The translations under genes were made by a program, and so were the position numbers. From positions 1 to 48,315 of the forward strand of contig NJBI01000024.1 of the NCBI GenBank assembly GCA_005222975.1: a DNA stretch of 48,315 nt, in the 5' to 3' direction. The notes beneath the pieces are model-generated. The model was not told the DNA's origin. It searched no databases and saw nothing but the letters and a program-made list of their open reading frames with translations. Every line of letters begins with the position of its first letter. The stretch's first letter is position 1. The stretch comes from Promethearchaeota archaeon Loki_b31 (GTDB lineage: Archaea; Asgardarchaeota; Lokiarchaeia; Sigyniarchaeales; SOKP01). Below, piece by piece: positions 25,506 through 34,935 of the stretch.

Positions 25506-26555
25506 TCATTTGGAAATATTTCTTCCACAAAATTTACAATTTCCATGAGAATTCAAAAAATCTCTATTAATTTCAAATCCAGATCGTTCAATAACTAAGC
25601 TTGAACATTTAGGACAATATGTGTTTTCATATTTCGAATTAGGCAAATTTCCTAAATAAACAAATTCTAAACCGACTTTTTTTGCGATATCATATGCTTT
25701 ATATAAAGATTTTATTGGAGTTGGATTAATAAGACCGTGTTCATGAGATTTGTAATGCGGAAAAAAACGAGTAATATGAAATGGAGTTTCTTTTCCCAGA
25801 TCAGTTATTATCCTTTCTGAAATTGATTTGATTATTTTTTCATCGGTGTTAAAATCTTCGATAAGAAGCGTTGTTATTTCTATGTGTACACCATGATTTT
25901 TCGCTAATTTTCCATTTCTCCATACATTTTCTATGTCGCTATCACAATATCTTTTGACCATAAAACTATCACCTTTTATATCTATATTCATGGCATCTAA
26001 TCCGCTTTTCACCAATTCTTTTAATACTTCCTCAGTCATATATCCATTAGTAACATATGTATTGTATAGCCCTTCCTTTTTTGCTAATTTAAAAACATCC
26101 AAGGAATATTCAAATAGTAGTGTAGGCTCATTAAATGAGATTGATGTACCTTGACAATCATTTTTAATAGCAAGCTCAATAATTTTTTCTGGAGAAAGGT
26201 AATCCTTTGATTTTCTGACTAAATCAATTAAAACTTCGCCTGGATGTGAAAGATGGTGGTTTTGACACCAAAAACAACTGAAATTACATCCATAGGTGCC
26301 AACAGTTACAGCCGTAGTCCCTGGATGAAAATGGAATAGCGGTTTCTTCTCGATGGGATTGAATGATAACGCAGGAATTAATCCATAAACAATTGTATAG
26401 ATGATCCCACCATTATTAATTCGAGTCTGACAATAGCCAGTCTTTCCTTTTGCTATTTTACATTTTCTCTCACAAGTTAAACATCGAGAGAACTTATCAT
26501 CGATTTTTTCGTAAAATCTTGCTTCTTTTAAGAAGTTAGGATTTATTAAATCCAT
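25506..26555 (-). CDS. amrS: AmmeMemoRadiSam-system radical SAM enzyme
   Basis: Motifs CLTCERKC...GYC, NPIEKKPLFHFHPG, GCNFSCFWCQN (CxxxCxxC) and YLGN...TYCPKC. Confidence 0.9.
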   Translation of the reverse strand: MDLINPNFLKEARFYEKIDDKFSRCLTCERKCKIAKGKTGYCQTRINNGGIIYTIVYGLIPALSFNPIEKKPLFHFHPGTTAVTVGTYGCNFSCFWCQNHHLSHPGEVLIDLVRKSKDYLSPEKIIELAIKNDCQGTSISFNEPTLLFEYSLDVFKLAKKEGLYNTYVTNGYMTEEVLKELVKSGLDAMNIDIKGDSFMVKRYCDSDIENVWRNGKLAKNHGVHIEITTLLIEDFNTDEKIIKSISERIITDLGKETPFHITRFFPHYKSHEHGLINPTPIKSLYKAYDIAKKVGLEFVYLGNLPNSKYENTYCPKCSSLVIERSGFEINRDFLNSHGNCKFCGRNISK

Positions 26556-26566
26556 TGAAACACTAT

Positions 26567-26848
26567 TTAAACTTTAATTAAATAATATACTTCAGGTAAT
26601 TTTAATACCCACTCATCAAAAGGATCGTCCTTTACAGCGTCTATCATGGTAGGTCTTGCGGCTAACCAATTTTCCTTAGAATCCCATATTGCTAAACCAA
26701 TAAGCCGATTTGTATCTTCATCTTTAGTTGTATGCGCCATAATTAATCCTTTTTGACCTTCCATAGATTTACCAAATCTATGCATGGATTCTATCAATAG
26801 GTTTTCTTTTCCTGGTTTAGGATAATGAATTGAAATATGAATATAGAC
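26567..26848 (-). CDS. ABM (antibiotic biosynthesis monooxygenase-like) domain protein; start uncertain
   Basis: The frame extends upstream of the TTG call to VYIHISIHYPKPGKENLL, with AIWDSKENW downstream. A GGTGA RBS precedes a GTC codon at 26848. Confidence 0.65.
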   Translation of the reverse strand, partial: VYIHISIHYPKPGKENLLIESMHRFGKSMEGQKGLIMAHTTKDEDTNRLIGLAIWDSKENWLAARPTMIDAVKDDPFDEWVLKLPEVYYLIKV

Positions 26849-26874
26849 TTTACATCACCAAAGGTTTGTTATCT

Positions 26875-28233
26875 TTATCTTGTTTTCATAATCGGCATTA
26901 TTGAACAAAATAATTTAGCGTAAACGATTCTAACTAACTTAAAATCAAACAGATACCTTATCAACCTTAATAGTAAATACTTCTTCGGTTTATATGTGCT
27001 TAAATCTTTGTCGTATGTAATACTTTTTATGTAAAAGTTTTTCTTAAAAGTCGATATTAGCAAAGAGTAAGTTATAATCGCAATGACATCCCAAGCTCGT
27101 TTAATGTGGTCTTTAGGGTAATTCAATTCTTCGCCCATTGACATTCTGACTATTTCAATGATATGATATAAATCGATTTTGCTCCTCAACAACTCTTTGG
27201 TAGCCCACATTAAATAAAGACATCCTCCACAGTAAGTTATAAGAGCTTTTGCGCCGGTCTCTTCTGCTTCATTAAATTTTTTTACCCCTTCAGAGATCAT
27301 ATCAAAAGGTAGCGACATATTCTTAACCCACGATGCCCCGGCTCCAAACCCGCAACATAACGAATCTTTTTTAATATGTTTCATCTCAAGTATTTTACAA
27401 CCACATTTCTCCAATATTGTTCTTGGCACATCCCAATATCCTCCTAGTGCTTTAGAAAAGCAGTTATCGTGAACGGTAACCGTTAGATTAAGTTGGTTTT
27501 GAAGATTGACTTCTCTGGAGCTAATATTATCCAATAACCAGCGATGAAAATTTATAAAATTCCGATCATGTTTCACCCCCATTTCCTTTGGATGGACTTC
27601 CTTGAAGATATACTCAACAGCATCTAAAGTGGCAACTATATTTTTGACGCCCCAACTGTCAAAATCTCTTTTTGTCCTCTCAGCTATCTTTTGTACAAGA
27701 TCTAAGTATCCTAGTTGGTATAAGTAAGCACCTCCTTCCCATTGATCGATCCGATCAATAGGCTTGAAGTAATCAAGCAGTTTACTACCCCCAATGATAA
27801 ATGGGAATAAATGTGTATAATTTCCAATTAACAAAACAGTATCCTCGCTTTTAGGAACATAATGCATCCACTTATATATCCATCTTCTTTCTCGATTAGA
27901 TAAAAACAAATTTAGAAGTTGCCAAACGTTACGATCTTCAGTGGGACAAACAAAATAGTAAAGGGGAGGCGCACCTCTCTCTTTATACAAAGCATTCCAT
28001 CTCTTGAGTATCAATTGATATGGATTAGCATTTTGTGGGCAGTATAGATTGCAAGATAAACAAGTATTGCATTTTTCAAGTACATATTTTGACTTTCGAC
28101 CTTTGATTAAATTTTGCATTTCTTCTTTTGCATCATCCAAAGGTAATTGTAGAACAGGACATAGATGAAAACAAAGTCCACACAAATCACATAAGTCTTC
28201 TCTGAAAGCAGGAGTTCTTTTTATTCTCACCAT
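26875..28233 (-). CDS. HdrD/GlpC-like Fe-S oxidoreductase (ferredoxin + CCG domains)
   Basis: Motifs CDLCGLCFHLCP, CNTCLSCNLYCP, HDNC, CCGFGAG and YCGGC. The first CCG domain is degenerate. Confidence 0.85.
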   Translation of the reverse strand: MVRIKRTPAFREDLCDLCGLCFHLCPVLQLPLDDAKEEMQNLIKGRKSKYVLEKCNTCLSCNLYCPQNANPYQLILKRWNALYKERGAPPLYYFVCPTEDRNVWQLLNLFLSNRERRWIYKWMHYVPKSEDTVLLIGNYTHLFPFIIGGSKLLDYFKPIDRIDQWEGGAYLYQLGYLDLVQKIAERTKRDFDSWGVKNIVATLDAVEYIFKEVHPKEMGVKHDRNFINFHRWLLDNISSREVNLQNQLNLTVTVHDNCFSKALGGYWDVPRTILEKCGCKILEMKHIKKDSLCCGFGAGASWVKNMSLPFDMISEGVKKFNEAEETGAKALITYCGGCLYLMWATKELLRSKIDLYHIIEIVRMSMGEELNYPKDHIKRAWDVIAIITYSLLISTFKKNFYIKSITYDKDLSTYKPKKYLLLRLIRYLFDFKLVRIVYAKLFCSIMPIMKTR

Positions 28234-28235
28234 TT

Positions 28236-29504
28236 TTAATACGCCTCGCTATACGGTGGTGGATCTTCTGGTAGATCCGCTATTTTAAATGTTTTTTTCG
28301 AAGGTAATTTCGGGAGTTGCTTTTTCATTATGCCCCAAAAGAAGTGTTTGGCTCTCTTTTTTTTCTCTTTATTGGACATAGGTTTTTCTCCCATTGCCAT
28401 CTGAAGCAGTTCGATAATATGGTACACTTTAAATTTCCCGAAGTATAATTTTTTGGCAGTGCTGTAAGTAGCTAAACACCCAGCGCAATAAACACAAACA
28501 GCGTCTACTTTCGCTTTATTAAATTCTTTTACGTTCCTTATCGTTGCTGATCTTATTTTCATTGTGTGATACGCTGAATCCATAGAAAATCCGCCCCCAA
28601 TTCCACAACACCTCATATTTTCGCGACATGCTTCGATTTCGATTACTTTTACCCCAATTGCTTCTAAAATTTTTCGAGGTAAATCCATGTAGTCATCTCC
28701 AAACATTTTTGAATAACAGGAATCTTGAATCGAAACCGTCATATCTAATTTATTTGTAATTTGAATTTTACCAGTCTCAATTTTTTCCCATAAATATTGG
28801 ATATAAGATTTAATAGAATCAAATTTATAGGTTAATCCATATTGAGGTAGTACATTTTTGAAAACATTAGTTCCTGCTGTACACAAAACTAGCAAATTTT
28901 TGGGTTTTAATATATTAAACCATTTATCTAACCTCTTAGTAACTTGAAATAACTCGTCTTCGTATCCCGTTCGAAATAATGTTTCTCCACAACAATATTC
29001 AAGCCTACCCCTAATATCTAGATCCTTAAAAAAGCTTGCTTGCGTTAACTCGGCAAAGGTAATTATGTTACATCCTGGATACGTAAGCGTGTCACCTTTT
29101 AAAGGAGATAAATCTGCCCATGATTTAACAAGTTCTTGTGTTTTTTTAGGCATGTGGTCCATAACATAAGATCGGAAGTTGGGGTAGTGCGGATAAAGCG
29201 TCATGTAATATTTCCCACGGATTCTTAACCCCTCTTTTTTGTACTTTTCATTCCATCTCTGCAAAATCAACTCTGCTGGATGAGCATTTTCAGGGCAATA
29301 AAAATTACATGAATGACAACTTTGACATTCTATTAACACTCGTTTTGTTTCATTCCCAGCTATTAATTTTTTCATTTCCTCAATAGATTCTTCAATAGAA
29401 AGTCCCATTATGGGGCAATTATGAAAACATTCTCCACAAAGAGTGCAAGCTTCTTTATTAAACGGAGAAAAAAAATCTCTATCAATGGGTTCAATTTTAG
29501 TCAT
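28236..29504 (-). CDS. HdrD/GlpC-like Fe-S oxidoreductase, tandem paralog
   Basis: Motifs CTLCGECFHNCP, CQSCHSCNFYCP, YPGC, YCCG, QDSC, CCGIGGG and YCAGC. Confidence 0.87.
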   Translation of the reverse strand: MTKIEPIDRDFFSPFNKEACTLCGECFHNCPIMGLSIEESIEEMKKLIAGNETKRVLIECQSCHSCNFYCPENAHPAELILQRWNEKYKKEGLRIRGKYYMTLYPHYPNFRSYVMDHMPKKTQELVKSWADLSPLKGDTLTYPGCNIITFAELTQASFFKDLDIRGRLEYCCGETLFRTGYEDELFQVTKRLDKWFNILKPKNLLVLCTAGTNVFKNVLPQYGLTYKFDSIKSYIQYLWEKIETGKIQITNKLDMTVSIQDSCYSKMFGDDYMDLPRKILEAIGVKVIEIEACRENMRCCGIGGGFSMDSAYHTMKIRSATIRNVKEFNKAKVDAVCVYCAGCLATYSTAKKLYFGKFKVYHIIELLQMAMGEKPMSNKEKKKRAKHFFWGIMKKQLPKLPSKKTFKIADLPEDPPPYSEAY

Positions 29505-29615
29505 TTCAAACTCAATTTTTTTGTTCTTTATCTCTTCTTGATTTTAATAATTCATTTATTTATTATTAGCTTAAAAGTATATAATCTTTTAAAATCGTTA
29601 TTAAGAATGGTTTTT

Positions 29616-30443
29616 TTAAGGTGCTATGATCAAAATTATAATATAAACGAAAGTAAGATTTCCTAATATGATTCCTATATCTTTTAACGAGCTTCTACCG
29701 GCTAAATCCGTTCTAGGTTTCCTAAAAATATATATAATTCCAAAAGGAAAGAAGACTACTGGTAGAAATATAATGTATTGAGTAATAACTAACGAAAATA
29801 TAGCGATTGTCAGCGATATTATAGATGCTATCCAGATTATTAATCGAGAAACCTTTGGAGATAATTTTGATAACGAATCTCCATCAATCATTTCGTGAAG
29901 CATTTGACCGGAAAATGCCACAGAAGCTATAGTAAGTATTATTAAAAACTCAAATAAAGTTAGATCAGGAAAGTAATTCATAGAAATATCGCCAGCGTTG
30001 ATTTTTATCATAAAATATGGTAAAAAAATATGCGATATTCCTAAAATAATATGGTTTATAATAACCAGCGATTTAAATAGGCAATAGAAAATTACAGAAA
30101 TAACGATAATAGCTAAATAAACGCCTAAGAGTAGGTTTGCTATGATACTATTCATGAAACATACGGTCCCTAATAAAAAACTTGCTAAAGAAATTGTGAA
30201 TATTTCTTTTCGTCTATAACCCTGTACTCTTTCTAGCGTTTCCTTTTCGTTTGGATCTTTCATATCGATTACGTCATTAAGCGTATTTCCCGTAATGGCG
30301 TAAAACCCAAATCCAGCTAATATCCAAATGTGAGGAAAAACATCGTAATCGTTTAAATATATGCTCAATAAACAAGGAACGAACACAGAAAAAAGATATT
30401 CAACCCTTAGAAGTCTAAATCCCTTACTCATCGAAAGAATCAC
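29616..30443 (-). CDS. UbiA-family prenyltransferase
   Basis: Multi-TM protein with the Asp-rich GNTLNDVIDMKD and a second motif HEMIDGD. Confidence 0.7.
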   Translation of the reverse strand: MILSMSKGFRLLRVEYLFSVFVPCLLSIYLNDYDVFPHIWILAGFGFYAITGNTLNDVIDMKDPNEKETLERVQGYRRKEIFTISLASFLLGTVCFMNSIIANLLLGVYLAIIVISVIFYCLFKSLVIINHIILGISHIFLPYFMIKINAGDISMNYFPDLTLFEFLIILTIASVAFSGQMLHEMIDGDSLSKLSPKVSRLIIWIASIISLTIAIFSLVITQYIIFLPVVFFPFGIIYIFRKPRTDLAGRSSLKDIGIILGNLTFVYIIILIIAP

Positions 30444-30534
30444 TTTAAGTTACGCGATATTAAATTAATATATATTATTCTAAAAAGGATTTAAGATTTA
30501 TAGAAATTATTTTAAGCGAATTTTTGTACTATTA

Positions 30535-31326
30535 TTAATTTCCAATAAAATTAGGATCCTTTTTGTCGTTTAGAGCAAATACGCCAATCTTATAATCTTC
30601 AGATTCAGCCGATTTTACTTGCATTTGGCGCTCAATTTCAAGGTGTTCTTCTAATGGAGTACTGAGGGCTTCAAAGAATAATTTTTTGGTCCTTGCATAT
30701 GTTAATGTTGGTCCCTTGGCGAGTCGCTCAGCCCATTGTAAAGAAGTCTCCTCTAAATCTTCATGAGGTACGATTTCGTTGATAAAACCAAGTTTTTTCA
30801 TCTCTTCAGCTGTATAAGTATCTCCGAAAAACGCCATTTGTGTTGCTTGTTGCCATGTGAGCTGACGGCTTAACAAAATAGTTCCTGCGAATCCAGGAAT
30901 TAGAGCGAGTTTGGAAAAAGATTGCCTAAATCTCGCTTTTTCTGAGGCAATTATAAAATCACACGAGAGAGCGAGGTTCATTCCAGCTCCTACAGCCCAG
31001 CCATTTACAGACGCGATAACAGGTTTTGGATAAAGACGCAGAGTTAACGCAATTTTATAAAGGTCTCGCGTTAAATCGTCCATAACTTGACCTGATGTGT
31101 CATTTTCAATACTCGCCTTAAATTGTTTTATGTCTCCACCTGCTGAAAAAGCCTTTCCGGAGCCAGTTATTATTAAACATCTTACAGCGCTATTATTTCG
31201 AATAGATTCTATAGTTTCTAATAGTTTTTTCCCGGTGTATTTATTTAAAGGGTTAAAATTCTCTGGATCCATTAGTCTTATAATCGCAATATTATCCTTA
31301 ATTACTAATTCAATTTTTTCGTTCAT
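30535..31326 (-). CDS. Enoyl-CoA hydratase/isomerase (PaaG-like)
   Basis: Motifs TGSGKAFSAGGDI and KPVIASVNGWAVGAGMNLALSCD. Confidence 0.92.
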   Translation of the reverse strand: MNEKIELVIKDNIAIIRLMDPENFNPLNKYTGKKLLETIESIRNNSAVRCLIITGSGKAFSAGGDIKQFKASIENDTSGQVMDDLTRDLYKIALTLRLYPKPVIASVNGWAVGAGMNLALSCDFIIASEKARFRQSFSKLALIPGFAGTILLSRQLTWQQATQMAFFGDTYTAEEMKKLGFINEIVPHEDLEETSLQWAERLAKGPTLTYARTKKLFFEALSTPLEEHLEIERQMQVKSAESEDYKIGVFALNDKKDPNFIGN

Positions 31327-31417
31327 TTTTTATCTTCATTTATTTTATTTTTCTTACATCATAATTCGTTTACATATAATATTATCAGTTTTCCATTATA
31401 TTTTTTTCATATTAACT

Positions 31418-32218
31418 CTAAAAAAACATTCTAATTGCTAAAACTAGTAAGATTACTGCCACAAAAAATTTTAAATATGTTTTCGATATTTTTCTTGATA
31501 TTTTTGCACCAAATATCGAACCTAAAATAGCGCCAGTGGTTATTAGAAGGCCAACTAGATAATCTATTTGCCCTAAGAGACATTTAATGATTGTATTATA
31601 TATAGCTGTGAAAAAAATTATTGAAGTTGAAATTGCTGTAGCATTATGGATAGGAAATCCAAATATTATATTGAGGGAAGGAGTATTTATAATCCCTCCG
31701 CCAATTCCTAGTAGATTGGCAACAAAACCTGCTAATATAAATAATGGAATAGCTTTTTTTAAATTGGTTTTATAATCGTAATCGTGCAATGAGAATTCTC
31801 CCTTTTCCAGGTCTTTACTCGTTAATCCTCCTTTTGTTTTAATAGCTTTATGGATCATATTTAATCCTGCCACGAGTAATGTCAATGCAAATAGAATCTT
31901 TAAAATTGAATTATCGATTTGAATAAATGAAAATAAAATAGTGGCTAAAACGCTTCCTAAAATAGAAAAAACACCAAATGTCAAAGCTAATTTGAAATTT
32001 GTTCTTTCTTGTTTTAGATAAGTTATAAATCCCGCACAAGAAGACGTTAAAATTATGAATGTAGATGTATCTATGGCAATATTAATCGGCAACGAAAACA
32101 AAAGAACCATTATGGATACAAAAAATACTCCGCCTCCAATTCCCGCAATAACTGAAAGAGTTCCCGTTAAAAAACCTAATAATATTAATAAAAATATTGT
32201 TGTAAGATATAAATCCAT
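31418..32218 (-). CDS. TauE/SafE sulfite exporter family protein
   Basis: Duplicated GIGGG motifs in a hydrophobic protein of about 8 TM helices. Confidence 0.9.
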   Translation of the reverse strand: MDLYLTTIFLLILLGFLTGTLSVIAGIGGGVFFVSIMVLLFSLPINIAIDTSTFIILTSSCAGFITYLKQERTNFKLALTFGVFSILGSVLATILFSFIQIDNSILKILFALTLLVAGLNMIHKAIKTKGGLTSKDLEKGEFSLHDYDYKTNLKKAIPLFILAGFVANLLGIGGGIINTPSLNIIFGFPIHNATAISTSIIFFTAIYNTIIKCLLGQIDYLVGLLITTGAILGSIFGAKISRKISKTYLKFFVAVILLVLAIRMFF

Positions 32219-32358
32219 AAAAAAAAATATGTAAAATTTATCATAAACTTTCTTGATAATGAGATACTATCAAAAAAATCAAGAATTAAATTATAAAAAA
32301 GTTATTAAATTAATAATTTAAAATTTAAAAAAATTTAAACTTTAATTAGTTATCTTTT

Positions 32359-32754
32359 ATGCCCGAACCTAACGATAAATTAATTGTTGCGCTCGTTGAA
32401 TGCTCTAGATGTGGAAATCCTTTTATGATTAAAAAAGGGCAAAATAAATCGGGGGAATTAATATGTGATAACTGCATTAAGTTAGAACAGAGAAAAAAGC
32501 AGTTAGCAGATTCAGTAATCGAATCACAAAAAAATTTAGAAAACTCGATTAAGGGTTATAAAAGTTCTCTAAGAGTTGCTAAATCTCAACAAATTAAGCA
32601 ACTATTTTTTGATAAAATCAAAAAAACTTCAACTGTATTAAATAATTCAGTAGAACTTCTTAAGAAAATAGAGGAAACTAATGACGAGAAATACATAGAA
32701 CAATATAAAAAGTTATTTGAAAAAATGAAAAAAGAATACGCTGAAAACAAATAA
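32359..32754 (+). CDS. Zn-finger + coiled-coil hypothetical protein
   Basis: CSRCG...CDNC followed by heptad-like charged helices. Confidence 0.6.
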   Translation: MPEPNDKLIVALVECSRCGNPFMIKKGQNKSGELICDNCIKLEQRKKQLADSVIESQKNLENSIKGYKSSLRVAKSQQIKQLFFDKIKKTSTVLNNSVELLKKIEETNDEKYIEQYKKLFEKMKKEYAENK

Positions 32755-32756
32755 GA

Positions 32757-33509
32757 TTATAATTTTAGAAATATAAATGCCATATTCATCATTCGTTTCG
32801 GAGAATAATACTTCGCATCTATTTTCATTAATGTCGAACTAAGTTTGACAAAAAGGTTCCAAATTTTTCTGAAAATTAAATTTGAGCGATATTTATTGCG
32901 TAAATTTATTAAATTTTTTTCTGTTTTTTTCGGATTAATCGATTGTAGTAAGGACATTTTCATTAATATCCCATAAACTCCAAAATGTTTTAAATATTTA
33001 AAATTATAGCGTTGGAATAATCCTAAAATTTGCTCAATTTCATATCTACGATAATGACCGATTATCTTATCTTGTTTTGAATAGTATTTCATCTTGTGTG
33101 GAACTGTTATTACAGCAAATCCTCCCTGTGTTAATATTCTTTTTATTTCAGAGATAGCTAAATCATCATTTTTTACGTGTTCTAACACATCTAAAGCAAG
33201 TACCAGATCAAAAGTATTGTTTTTATACGGTAATTTTACAATATCTCCACATAAAGGGTTCTGTTTAGAATATTGCTTTAAAGGTAGAGCAGATATATCG
33301 TAATATGATTTGTTTTGTACATTTTCTAAGATGTAAAGAAGAGAGTTTCCTGAACAACCTAAATCTATCGCGTTTTTAAATGTCCTACTATTACCAATTA
33401 TTTTTATTAATAAATCGAATTTACATCTAATTCCGGGAGAAAGATCGTATTCAGAAAGATTTCTAGCTGAAAAATTTTTATGGTGGTCGTAAAACTCTTT
33501 TAAACTCAT
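32757..33509 (-). CDS. Class I SAM-dependent methyltransferase
   Basis: Motifs AIDLGCSG, LPYKNNTFDLVLALDVLEHV, ITVP and GHYRRY. Confidence 0.88.
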   Translation of the reverse strand: MSLKEFYDHHKNFSARNLSEYDLSPGIRCKFDLLIKIIGNSRTFKNAIDLGCSGNSLLYILENVQNKSYYDISALPLKQYSKQNPLCGDIVKLPYKNNTFDLVLALDVLEHVKNDDLAISEIKRILTQGGFAVITVPHKMKYYSKQDKIIGHYRRYEIEQILGLFQRYNFKYLKHFGVYGILMKMSLLQSINPKKTEKNLINLRNKYRSNLIFRKIWNLFVKLSSTLMKIDAKYYSPKRMMNMAFIFLKL

Positions 33510-33526
33510 TAGCTTTTATCAATTCT

Positions 33527-34264
33527 TTAAATCTTCTTAAGGTAATAACCAAATATTGGGATAAATAAAAAATATTTATTACTTTCTATACTTTGTATAA
33601 TCAAAACTGAATTAAATTTTTTAGTATTTAAATTTTTTATGTAAAGATCTAAATCCTTGAGTAAACTAGCTTTATTTACGCTTGGAATCCATGGAAAACT
33701 TGAACAAAAATGTTCCACGAGTCTAAATTTATTTGAAAAGTATTGAGGTATTTTCCTTCCTATTTCGGGGTCTGCTCCTGAATTTTTAAGGCTATTATAT
33801 AACTCTTTCTTTAAACCCGTGTCAGGATACTCAATAATTCCTCCAAAATCGGGCTCGCCAAAAATCAAAAAAACTCCGTTATGTTTCAAAATTCTATGAA
33901 TTTCTGCTAAAATATAATTAAATTCCATTTCCCATAAGAAATAACAAGAAGTAATAACAACATCAAAAAAGTTATCTTCAAAGTTATTATTTAATATATT
34001 CATCGTTATGAGCTTTGCATCGATAAGATTTTTCTCTAAGTTGGCACTTGCGTATTCGATTTTATTTTTATCCATATCTATACCGAATAAATTTAAATTA
34101 TATTTTATTCCAATTTCTTTCAGTAATTCGCCAGTTCTGCAACCTAATTCTAATAAATTTTTTTTATGAGAGAATTCTGCTTTTTCATATAAACGATCTC
34201 TTAATTCAGCAGTCCATGTTAATTGCTCATTAAATTTTTTCTCCCAATTAATCATAATTACCAC
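33527..34264 (-). CDS. Class I SAM-dependent methyltransferase
   Basis: Motifs LLELGCRTG, GIDMD, FDVVIT and EIHRILKHNG. Confidence 0.85.
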   Translation of the reverse strand: MVIMINWEKKFNEQLTWTAELRDRLYEKAEFSHKKNLLELGCRTGELLKEIGIKYNLNLFGIDMDKNKIEYASANLEKNLIDAKLITMNILNNNFEDNFFDVVITSCYFLWEMEFNYILAEIHRILKHNGVFLIFGEPDFGGIIEYPDTGLKKELYNSLKNSGADPEIGRKIPQYFSNKFRLVEHFCSSFPWIPSVNKASLLKDLDLYIKNLNTKKFNSVLIIQSIESNKYFLFIPIFGYYLKKI

Positions 34265-34473
34265 TTTTATCCAAATTTAAACTATTAAGATTAAAAATAA
34301 ATGAAATTTCGCATTATAAATTCAGAAGTAAATTACATTTAAAAAATTAAGTGAGATCTTTAAAAATTTTCAATTTTCGCTATTTCAGTATTATTTTTAA
34401 ACGTAATTTAATTAAGTACAATTATCATTTAAGATAATATTTCGAATAAAAATTAATATAATTTGATTAAAAA

Positions 34474-34899
34474 ATGAAACTCAAACAAATTTCTGTGTTT
34501 CTCCCTAACGAACCAAGACAACTAGCCAATTTCTTCGAATTCCTTATGGAAAACAAAATATATATCAAATCTATAACTGTTGCCGAAACAGAAGACTATG
34601 GATTATTATTGCTGTTAGTTAAACCATTTGAGAAATGCGTTGAGTTATTAGAAGATAACGATTATATGCATTCAGTTACAGAAGTTATAGCAGTAAGGCT
34701 TACTGATAACATTTCTCAATTGTATAACATTGCTAAAACACTTGGAGATAACAAAGTTAACATTGAATATTTATATACATTTGCCGAAAAATCGTCAGAA
34801 ACTAGAACTATGACAGTATTAAGATTAGACGATAATGAAAATGGAGCTGAAGTGTTAAAAAAGAATGGCTTTGATGTAGTAGAAGATTTTGAACAATAG
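34474..34899 (+). CDS. Tandem ACT-domain protein
   Basis: KQISVFLPNEP...AETEDYG...VNIEYLYTF, the family usually found near iorAB/phenylacetate-CoA ligase. Confidence 0.88.
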   Translation: MKLKQISVFLPNEPRQLANFFEFLMENKIYIKSITVAETEDYGLLLLLVKPFEKCVELLEDNDYMHSVTEVIAVRLTDNISQLYNIAKTLGDNKVNIEYLYTFAEKSSETRTMTVLRLDDNENGAEVLKKNGFDVVEDFEQ

Positions 34900-34935
34900 T
34901 CTATTAAAAAAATTACTTTTTTTAAGAATTCCACT

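Noticed and set aside
26849-26860. In-frame TGA upstream of the ABM gene as a selenocysteine codon
   Set aside because: The TGA is part of the GGTGA RBS, read-through would run into the upstream gene's 3' end, and no SECIS-like element was recognised.
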